From an uncultured Clostridia bacterium (GTDB lineage Bacteria; Bacillota; Clostridia; Christensenellales; UBA3700): 49,754 nucleotides of DNA. The notes under the pieces are model-generated. The model did not search any database. It was not told the DNA's origin and saw only the letters and a program-made list of their open reading frames with translations. Positions 1 through 7,981 of this stretch are shown piece after piece; the stretch's first letter is position 1; the number at the start of each line of letters is the position of its first letter. The stretch covers positions 1 to 49,754 of the forward strand of contig CAMWNK010000004.1 of NCBI GenBank assembly GCA_947175555.1, given 5' to 3'. The position numbers and the translations under genes are program-made.

Positions 1-3000
1 TATATCGGCGTAGAGCTATTCGGCGATAAGCAAGGCAATAGCAATTACGAGATACCGGCAAAAACTGTAACGCAGACATTTAAGGTACTTGGTAACGATA
101 TCACCTTTACGGACGCGGATATCAAGTGGCAGTATAATAATACTCCTGTTACCAATCCCGCCGCTACATTGACGCTGACGTATACGGGCAGTATATTCCG
201 CTTTAGCATAGACGCAAGCGACCTGGCAATCAAGGGCGTCAAGATAGATACTACTAAGGGCACTAACGGCTACAGCGGAGATATCACGGCGACTAATGCC
301 AAGACAAGCGGCGCGTACAGCGTAACGGTATATATTACTGAGTACGACAACACGTACGCCGAGTTTGATGCAGTATACACGCTTACATACAGTATAGATA
401 AGGCTAAGTACGACCTATCGGGACTAACCTGGGATTACAACGATAGCAATCCCTTGCAGTTTATAGCAGGCAAGGCGCAGGGCATAACGCTTACGGGCAC
501 ACTGCCTACAGGACTTACGATAAGCTATGCAGGCAACGGCAATATACCCGTAGGCAGTTACACAACTACCGCGAGCTTTAACGTGTCTGACGCGCTCAAC
601 TATTACAAGCCTATATCGAGCGACAGTAATACGTACCTTGGTAGCTTTGAGTGGAGCAAGGCTTGGCGCATAGATAAGGCAACGATAACATGCTCATGGA
701 AGATAGATACCCGCGAGAATGTCGCAACCTACAACTTGCCCATATTGCAGAGCATAGGCAGTATGGACGTAGACAGCATGGTAACGTACAGATATTACGA
801 TTATCAGAGCGGCAGCAAGGGCGACGAGGTAACTATCGCGCAGATTAACTCCAACGTAAACCAGCAACACAGATATCTTGCTGTAGCGGAGCTCAAGAGC
901 GAGTACACGGGCAATTACACACTTGATAACGAGAGCACGGACTTTACGGTAGGAGTGAACAGATATCCCGTCAAGCTCAAGATGGACATAGACGGACAGC
1001 AGTTGCCCTACAGACCCGAGGGCTATACCCCTAACGTAACTGTAGATAGCGTAGGCGGACTGACTATAGCTGATATCACGTTTACCTATTTCAAGGACGG
1101 CGCGACGCAGGGCAGCACGAGCATACCCGTAGCGGTAGGCAAGTATAAGGTGCAGGCAACGCTCAAGTATGGCACGGACGATAACTACCTTGATCCCGAG
1201 AGTGCGGAGTTCAGCTTTGAGATAGTCAAGGCGGACATAGACGTAAGTGGACTTAAGTGGCAGTACACACATGGAAGTGTTACGGCGACATACGATAGCG
1301 CGCAAGGCAAGTGGTTGCTTGCGGACGGCACAGAGGCTAATGCCTTCGTATATGACGGCACGGCACACGTAATTGCGCTTATCGGAGCAGACGCGCTTAA
1401 TAACGCAACGGTAACTACATCGGGTAACTTGAGCGAAATTAATGCAAGTACGGCGTACAGTGCAAGCGCAACGTTTACATACGATACAGCTTGCTACAAT
1501 GCGCCCGACTTTGCAACTTCTCTTAACTGGGTAGTAAATAAGGCGGTAGTAGACACGAGCGCGATAGTATGGGGCTACGTGGATAAGGACGGCAACGAGC
1601 TTACCTATACCGAGCCTTTCATGTACACAAGGATAAGCGGCGCGGCAGTAGAGTACAGCGTAACGCTTATCAATGTGCCCGACCAGCTCAAAGGCTGTAT
1701 ATCTATAGGCGGCGACTACGCCAAGAGCGAAGCAGGCACGCACCGCGCCCGCTACAGCGTTGATAACAGTAAATTCGATAGCGTCAACTACGAGCAGTAC
1801 GTAATGCCCAGCGGACTTGAGACCAACTTCGATTGGGTAATATCCGCGCGTACGATAGACAATCCCGTATACAACGGCAGTTGGAGCGCGTTCGACGACG
1901 AAGTCCACGACTTTGCTGCAATGTTCGGTTTGCCTTCAGATTGGCAGGAATACGTCAACATTACTATTACATTGAACGGCGAAGCATACGCAGGCTTGAC
2001 GGGCGACGACTTCGCGGATATAGACGGCAAGGCATATAAGGGTTACAGTGCAGGCGAGTACAAGGTTAACTTTGCGCTTATCAACGGCGGCAACAACTTG
2101 CTCTTTAGCAGCAGACCTCAGCAGGATATACCAGTAAGCGTAGCTAAGTACAGATACACTGTAGAGGGCTGGACAGATAATGACGAGTATTCGCAAGTTA
2201 TAGGCACTCTGCCTTCTTACTACGACTACCGCTACGTGGACGAAGAGGGCAATATATTCACGCTTGACGATATGGAGATAGGCAGTTACTACTACCGCGA
2301 AGTATACGTTAAGGCAAAATATGACGGCAATGCAGAGGTAGACGGCGAGACACAGCACAGATTTATGATGCCCCTGCCTATAGGCACGGAAAAGACGCCT
2401 GTAGCAATACCTACTATAGATAGCAGTAAGACGGTATACTACAACGGCACTCAGCGCGAATTTACAGCAGACGCTATTGTAGAGCTGTTTGGACTTACAG
2501 GCTTTAACTCCGACTATATGGAGATAGTAAGCGATGTTTCGGGCGCGACCAATGCAGGCGAGTATAAGATAAAGATACGCCTTACGAGCGGCTTATACGC
2601 TTGGGACAACGGCGACGGCACTACGTCAACTGACGATATAGAGCTTACGCTCACGATTGCCAAGGCTCAACTGCCTTCCGCGTGGAGCAATAGCGGCAGT
2701 CTGCCCACCATAGATATCCCCGAGGAGCTCGCAGGTTGTCTTAATAACAATGCCTTCAACTACACATACACGGACGAGGACGGCAATACCGTATCTGCGT
2801 CCGAAATGGTAGCGGGCAAGAAATACAACGTAAAGGCAACGCTCAAGGCAGAGTATGCAGGCAACTTCGAGTTCGTAGACAGCGAGGGCAACGTCCTGCC
2901 CGACGCCACGGCGAGCACGTCTCACGAATTCGATTACAGCGGCAACGGCGGCAGTGGCTCGTCTACAGATATCGAAGAGCTGCTCAACAAGGAATTTACT

Positions 3001-3177
3001 TGGTATAGAACGTTGCTCACAGCATTGGTTGGCGTTATGTCCGTTATGACATTGATTATTATAGTCATAGTTATACTCTTCGGCTCGTACATCAAGAGAG
3101 AAAAGGCGAAGGATAAAGGCGTCACGTATACCGAGGATAAAGGCGGAAACGACCGCGATATCGACAGCAACGATTAA
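1..3177 (+). CDS. Large cell-surface repeat protein whose 5' end lies outside the window. Tandem ~90-100 aa Ig/MBG-like modules, C-terminal TM anchor
   Basis: Frame 1 is open from nt 1, with no stop before the ORF-track Met at 169. Recurring module: KA..D.S.(L/I).W.Y ... YDGTAH ... G.Y. A G/S-rich linker is followed by the hydrophobic helix LLTALVGVMSVMTLIIIVIVILFGSYI and the charged tail KREKAKDK. No LPXTG motif. Confidence 0.8.
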   Translation, partial: YIGVELFGDKQGNSNYEIPAKTVTQTFKVLGNDITFTDADIKWQYNNTPVTNPAATLTLTYTGSIFRFSIDASDLAIKGVKIDTTKGTNGYSGDITATNAKTSGAYSVTVYITEYDNTYAEFDAVYTLTYSIDKAKYDLSGLTWDYNDSNPLQFIAGKAQGITLTGTLPTGLTISYAGNGNIPVGSYTTTASFNVSDALNYYKPISSDSNTYLGSFEWSKAWRIDKATITCSWKIDTRENVATYNLPILQSIGSMDVDSMVTYRYYDYQSGSKGDEVTIAQINSNVNQQHRYLAVAELKSEYTGNYTLDNESTDFTVGVNRYPVKLKMDIDGQQLPYRPEGYTPNVTVDSVGGLTIADITFTYFKDGATQGSTSIPVAVGKYKVQATLKYGTDDNYLDPESAEFSFEIVKADIDVSGLKWQYTHGSVTATYDSAQGKWLLADGTEANAFVYDGTAHVIALIGADALNNATVTTSGNLSEINASTAYSASATFTYDTACYNAPDFATSLNWVVNKAVVDTSAIVWGYVDKDGNELTYTEPFMYTRISGAAVEYSVTLINVPDQLKGCISIGGDYAKSEAGTHRARYSVDNSKFDSVNYEQYVMPSGLETNFDWVISARTIDNPVYNGSWSAFDDEVHDFAAMFGLPSDWQEYVNITITLNGEAYAGLTGDDFADIDGKAYKGYSAGEYKVNFALINGGNNLLFSSRPQQDIPVSVAKYRYTVEGWTDNDEYSQVIGTLPSYYDYRYVDEEGNIFTLDDMEIGSYYYREVYVKAKYDGNAEVDGETQHRFMMPLPIGTEKTPVAIPTIDSSKTVYYNGTQREFTADAIVELFGLTGFNSDYMEIVSDVSGATNAGEYKIKIRLTSGLYAWDNGDGTTSTDDIELTLTIAKAQLPSAWSNSGSLPTIDIPEELAGCLNNNAFNYTYTDEDGNTVSASEMVAGKKYNVKATLKAEYAGNFEFVDSEGNVLPDATASTSHEFDYSGNGGSGSSTDIEELLNKEFTWYRTLLTALVGVMSVMTLIIIVIVILFGSYIKREKAKDKGVTYTEDKGGNDRDIDSND

Positions 3178-3189
3178 TCGTTAATTTAT

Positions 3190-3220
3190 GCGCCCCGTTA
3201 TCGGGGCGCTGATTTATTTA
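3190..3220 (+). terminator. Rho-independent terminator after the surface protein gene
   Basis: gcgccccg-ttat-cggggcgc perfect 8-bp GC stem followed by a T-rich tract (tgatttattta). Confidence 0.7.
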
Positions 3221-3401
3221 TGTTGCATTTTAATTTCAAGTAAGACGGTTGCCTTAGTCAGCCGTTACCAAGAGATAAAAGTACGCCCGATTGGACGTAT
3301 TTTAATTAATAATAATAAGCTCGATATATGCAATGTTCCAAAGCGAATTTGTGTGATAATTTGCTTTATCGTTCTAAGCGTCATTGCACTTGCGGCGACA
3401 G

Positions 3402-4724
3402 TTAAATGATTTTCGCTTTTATGTTTTCTATCTTTTCTATATCTTCAAGCAAAATCTTTTTGAGCTCTGCCTTTGCCTTTTTATACGCTTTATTTTTTAT
3501 TAGATTATTATGCTGAGCGGGATCTAATAAGTTGTCGTACAGCAAGTCTTCTTTATAGACTTTACTCGTGGCGCTCTTTAAGCCTAAAGATAACGGCTTT
3601 TTGACGCTGTAAGTGAATCTGTCGGTGATAATGGCGCGTCCTAATTGCGACTCGCTAATCTGCAAGAATATGTGGTTTCTGCCGATTTCCATATCCAGCA
3701 TCTGCAATATGCTTTGACTGTGATATTCCTTAGGGATTTTTGCGCCTGAGATGTCTAATATGGTAGCAGTAACATCAAGCAGACTGATAAAGCCGTTAAA
3801 GCGTTTGCCGATGTATTTCTCTGTAGTCTTTATCTTGGCAAGTCCGCCGCCTGTCATGACAAAGGGCAGGTGAGCGCTTGCGTCGTGCGCGCTGCGCTTG
3901 TATTCCATATTCCTTGTCTTGAAGTGGCAGCCGTGGTCTGAAGTATATATTATGACGGTGTCGTCCCAGATTCCTTTGTCTTTTACCTTTTGGACAACGT
4001 CGGCAAAGTTTTTATCAAGACGTTTACAACATGCAAGATAGCGAGCGTATTCGCTCTTATAATTGCCTTTCAGTCCTACGAGATCGTCGGGGTAGGGCAT
4101 ATCCTTAAATTGCTCGTCGTCGCCTTCCGCGCATTGGAATTTATTGGCGGTGTTTTGATGATGAGGCTCAAGCTGCGATATCATGAGGAAGAACGGTTTA
4201 GCTTGATTGTACTTGTCAATATAGTCTATTGCATAGTCGTTTATGCAGTCGCTGCGTATGCCTTTGAACTCAACTTTATTATTGTCTTTATCAAACATAT
4301 ATCCGCCGTGTACGTCCGATGTGAACTCAAGGCAGTCCGCAGCCAGCCAATAGTCGTTGTATCCTCCGCGTAGCTCTTGCGGAATTGCAGCTTTTTGTAC
4401 GTTATTTCTTGGCTTAAATCCCGACGTGTCCGACGCAAGATGCCACTTGCCTATATAAGATGTGTTGTATCCTTGACGGTTAAGGATTTTAGCAAGGGTA
4501 TTATCGTCGTCCTTGTCCATCGATATGCCGTTGATGTAGCACATATTTTGCGTGGCGTATACGCCGGTCTGAATGCAAGCTCTCGCAGGGCCGCATACAG
4601 GTTGGCAGGTGAATGCGTTGTCAAAGAATATGCTGTCGTCTGCCATTGCGTCAATATTGGGAGTAACAATCTTGTTGATAGTGTCGTAGCGTTGCTGGTC
4701 GCTGAAATATAAAATAATGTTCAT
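3402..4724 (-). CDS. Cys-type sulfatase (arylsulfatase family), no signal peptide
   Basis: N-terminus MNIILYFSDQQRYD and the formylglycine motif C-G-P-A-R-A-C-I-Q-T-G (CxPxR...TG), plus SDHG. The ATG at 4724 is preceded by GGGAGA. The ORF-track start at 4736 is a TTG. Confidence 0.85.
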   Translation of the reverse strand: MNIILYFSDQQRYDTINKIVTPNIDAMADDSIFFDNAFTCQPVCGPARACIQTGVYATQNMCYINGISMDKDDDNTLAKILNRQGYNTSYIGKWHLASDTSGFKPRNNVQKAAIPQELRGGYNDYWLAADCLEFTSDVHGGYMFDKDNNKVEFKGIRSDCINDYAIDYIDKYNQAKPFFLMISQLEPHHQNTANKFQCAEGDDEQFKDMPYPDDLVGLKGNYKSEYARYLACCKRLDKNFADVVQKVKDKGIWDDTVIIYTSDHGCHFKTRNMEYKRSAHDASAHLPFVMTGGGLAKIKTTEKYIGKRFNGFISLLDVTATILDISGAKIPKEYHSQSILQMLDMEIGRNHIFLQISESQLGRAIITDRFTYSVKKPLSLGLKSATSKVYKEDLLYDNLLDPAQHNNLIKNKAYKKAKAELKKILLEDIEKIENIKAKII

Positions 4725-4789
4725 AATGTCTCCCAAGTCGTTTTATTCTTTTATTATTGTATCATATTTATTATATCGATTCAATGGCT

Positions 4790-5584
4790 TTAAGTTTTTA
4801 GAGCGATAGCATTTGTGGTAATGTTGACTATACATATTATCATTACGGCAAGTTGCATGAGATTGAACGCAACGGCAGTAACTTTGCCCGATATCTTTTT
4901 GCCGACAAAGCTGCCGATAAGTCCGCCAAGCACTCCGGCAATCACCATGTAGGGCAGCATTGACAGATTATAGCCGCCGAAGCCTCCTCCGATAAGTATC
5001 ATCACGACTTTTGCTATCTGCGCAAACATTATCGTAACTATTGATGCAAAGGTAGCTTCTTTTATCTCCATTCCGAATAGCAGCATAAGGATTGCTACGT
5101 TCAGCGGACCTCCGCCTATCCCCAAGAATGACGATAATATGCCCAGCAGGATGCCTACTAATATGTAAAACACGATGTTTTGCAGATGCAACGGCTTGAT
5201 TTTCTCTCTGAAAAGCATGTAAAAGAATATGCACACTATCAAAAATAGCAATATGGAGTTCTGAATTACCTTTATCGCTTGTGCGCTCGCTGCTCCCGAC
5301 GTCATTAGCTCGAATATGTATTGCCCGAGCGCTCCGCCGCCCGCGGAAGAAATGCCAAGCGCAAGCAGTTTCGTAATAGACGTCTGTCTCTTTTTACGCA
5401 CTTGCCTGATGAATGTCGTCAATGACATAGCCAGCACCGTAATAGACGACAGCGCGCCTATAGATGCGCTGTCAAAGTGCCCCATTAGGTCGAGTACAGG
5501 CTTGATGACGACTCCGCCGCCCATGCCCGTTATCGCTCCTGCAAAAGTGCATATTAAGGCTATTAAGAAGTATAACGCAAACAT
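4790..5584 (-). CDS. TauE/SafE family sulfite/anion exporter-type membrane protein
   Basis: 264 aa, about 8 hydrophobic helices, G-rich motifs (GAITGMGGGVVIKP, GIGGGPLNV) typical of the TauE/SafE family. GGAGA RBS. Confidence 0.75.
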   Translation of the reverse strand: MFALYFLIALICTFAGAITGMGGGVVIKPVLDLMGHFDSASIGALSSITVLAMSLTTFIRQVRKKRQTSITKLLALGISSAGGGALGQYIFELMTSGAASAQAIKVIQNSILLFLIVCIFFYMLFREKIKPLHLQNIVFYILVGILLGILSSFLGIGGGPLNVAILMLLFGMEIKEATFASIVTIMFAQIAKVVMILIGGGFGGYNLSMLPYMVIAGVLGGLIGSFVGKKISGKVTAVAFNLMQLAVMIICIVNITTNAIALKT

Positions 5585-5950
5585 TTTTTCTCCGCTATTT
5601 TATATAATAATATAAAAATTATCTACCGTTTGTCAATTTATATGGAAAGAGCCATATAACGATTGCTAACCACTATGCGCTGTAAAACAATTTATGACAG
5701 CAAGAGGACTGCTGTGATATATATTGCGAGTTGGTTTAATTATTCAGTAACATTGAGAAATTAAATATTTTTGTTGGATGCAAGAAATTAGCTTATGTGC
5801 GATATTTCAATTATAGCGTTTTGTGTATTTTATCTAATCTGCGTAATAGCTTTTTAATATTAATATGGCATTAACTGTTTTAGCGATACGCTTAATATAT
5901 TTTCTTGCATATATAATAAAAATTAATGTTTTCAATATAAAATATATTTT

Positions 5951-5988
5951 AACATAAAAAATATCCACCCCGTTTTGCAAGTGGATAT
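5951..5988 (-). terminator. Terminator downstream of tRNA-Thr
   Basis: atatccac/gtggatat 8-bp stem, followed on the minus strand by TTTTT. Confidence 0.55.
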
Positions 5989-5994
5989 TTATTC

Positions 5995-6070
<76 letters not shown>

Positions 6071-6100
6071 ATATAATAAGGATTGCTGTTACGCTTAATT

Positions 6101-6129
6101 ATTATAATAGATAAGCGTAAGGCTGTCAA
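6101..6129 (-). promoter_or_regulatory. Sigma-70-type promoter for tRNA-Thr
   Basis: Minus strand reads TTGACA-17 nt-TATAAT about 25-30 nt upstream of the mature tRNA 5' end. Confidence 0.6.
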
Positions 6130-6317
6130 TCGTTTGAAATTCAAATATAGCTAAATAAAGAGATAAAGCTAATAGGCGGTTATGAGTTAGTAGCTGCGAT
6201 TGAATGGTAAATTAATTATTAATGTTGTAAATATCACAAGCTAAATTATAATATATGTATATAATGTAGTTAACAAATTAATAATTTATTTGTGAATAAG
6301 CGATATCGGAGGATATT

Positions 6318-6629
6318 ATGGCTGTAGTTGAAGTAAATAAGAATAATTTCGAGCAAGAGGTTCTTGCCAGCGATAAGCCCGTATTGATTGATTTATGGGC
6401 GGCGTGGTGCATGCCGTGCAGGATGCTTTCTCCTACTGTCGATGCGCTTGCGGAAGAGCTCGACGATGTCAAAGTGTGCAAAATCAATGTAGACGAAGAG
6501 GGCGAGCTTGCGCAGAAATTCAATGTTATGAGCATTCCTATGCTTGTGGTAGTTAAGGATAGGACGGTAGTTGCGTCTACGGTAGGAGTGCAGAGCAGAG
6601 AGAATATCTTAAAGCTGTTGGGTAAATAA
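6318..6629 (+). CDS. trxA: Thioredoxin with atypical WCMPC active site
   Basis: 103 aa, VLIDLWAAWCMPCRM ... MSIPML. GGAGG RBS. Confidence 0.9.
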   Translation: MAVVEVNKNNFEQEVLASDKPVLIDLWAAWCMPCRMLSPTVDALAEELDDVKVCKINVDEEGELAQKFNVMSIPMLVVVKDRTVVASTVGVQSRENILKLLGK

Positions 6630-6922
6630 CGGCAGAGGGATTGAATAAGTCTATTGTCGGAAAAATAAGTCGAGTAGACTAACCGTTAATTAGAGCATAT
6701 ATTACTGAAAAATAGTAGAGTAATATATTTTTCAAGCAATTACTGTTAGTTAAATGAATAAATAACTGAAAAGTCGTATTGCAGTGTAACGACAATCAGT
6801 TGAAATATCACCGTCTGTAAAGAGGCGGTGATAATACTTTATATAGAGAATTTTGCAAAATTTCAAGCTGATAATTACTATAAGTCAACCGATTAACAAA
6901 ATGCACTTTTTGGCAGCGGAGT

Positions 6923-6951
6923 TTGACAAAGGTAGTATAGTAAAATATAAT
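6923..6951 (+). promoter_or_regulatory. Sigma-70-type promoter upstream of the ankyrin gene pair
   Basis: TTGACA-17 nt-TATAAT, about 30 nt upstream of the ATG at 6983. Confidence 0.55.
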
Positions 6952-6982
6952 ATATATTAAGTACGCGCCTAAGGCGCTTGAG

Positions 6983-7966
6983 ATGGAGAGAGAAATGGAG
7001 CAACTTTTGTTAAAAGCATGTCAGAACGGACAAAAAGGGGTAGTGCTTGCATTCTTAAAAAAAGAAGGTTTAAACGTAAATGCGGTTGATAAAGAGGGAT
7101 ATTCTTCATTGCATTACGCTTGCCTTAAGGGTTACAAGGACATTGTCAAGCTACTTCTTGAAAAGGGCGCGGATGTGGGCGCGATTTCCAATCGAAACGT
7201 AACGCCTTTTCAGTTGGCGTGCGTCAGTGGAAATAAAGAAATTATAAAATTATTGTTTGATGCTGGCGCAGACATTAATGCGACGGATAAAGTAGGTAAA
7301 ACTGCGCTTATATATGCGTTAGAGGCAAGAAAATCCGATGCCGCAAAATATCTATTGGAACTAGGCATCGATGCGGAAATTGCAGATAACAACGGCCGTA
7401 AGGCATTCGACTATGCGAATGCATTTGGACTTGTTCAGCTTATAGAAGTCATGTCGCAGCAGACGGAAAACAAGGATTCGAGCGGCAACACTTCGTTACA
7501 TCAGGCTGTATATAACGGGCAGGCAGAAGTCGTAAAGGCGCTTCTTGCAAGTAACAAGTCCGATATTAACGCGCGTAACGATTTCAAACGCACGCCGCTT
7601 TGTATTGCGTCCGATGAAGATAATCTGCTTATTGCAGAGCTTCTTATCAATGCGGGCGCAGACGTCAATATCAGCGGCACGGGCGGTAATACGCCTTTAC
7701 ATAGCGCATCGTTTAACGGGAATGAAAAACTTATCAGGCGCTTAATTGCAGGCGGGGCAAAAATCAACGAGCGTAATGAAAACGGCGAAACCGCGCTTAT
7801 TATATCTTCGGAACACGGCTTCAACTTCATAGTCGCCTATCTTCTTGAAAATGGCGCGGACGTTACTTACGCGGACATTCTCGGTCATACCGCTTTGTAC
7901 TATGCTACCGAAAAGGGCTATAATGACATAGTCGAAAAGCTCATTATCGCCGGCGCAGAGAATTAA
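6983..7966 (+). CDS. Ankyrin-repeat protein, at least 8 ANK repeats, no signal peptide
   Basis: Repeats of G-x-(T/S)-(P/A)-L-H-x-A ... (I/V)-V-x-x-L-L-x-x-G-A-D-(V/I). The protein is repeats only. The start could be 6983 or 6995. Confidence 0.85.
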   Translation: MEREMEQLLLKACQNGQKGVVLAFLKKEGLNVNAVDKEGYSSLHYACLKGYKDIVKLLLEKGADVGAISNRNVTPFQLACVSGNKEIIKLLFDAGADINATDKVGKTALIYALEARKSDAAKYLLELGIDAEIADNNGRKAFDYANAFGLVQLIEVMSQQTENKDSSGNTSLHQAVYNGQAEVVKALLASNKSDINARNDFKRTPLCIASDEDNLLIAELLINAGADVNISGTGGNTPLHSASFNGNEKLIRRLIAGGAKINERNENGETALIISSEHGFNFIVAYLLENGADVTYADILGHTALYYATEKGYNDIVEKLIIAGAEN

Positions 7967-7981
7967 GGCTAAAGTAGGCTT

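Noticed and set aside
694-2358. Minus-strand ORFs of 404 and 140 aa
   Set aside because: They are antisense to the surface repeat protein, and their R/V/Y/C-rich composition is not protein-like.
3188-3409. 73-aa + strand ORF
   Set aside because: It starts inside the terminator hairpin of the upstream gene, lies in an AT-rich spacer, and has no RBS.
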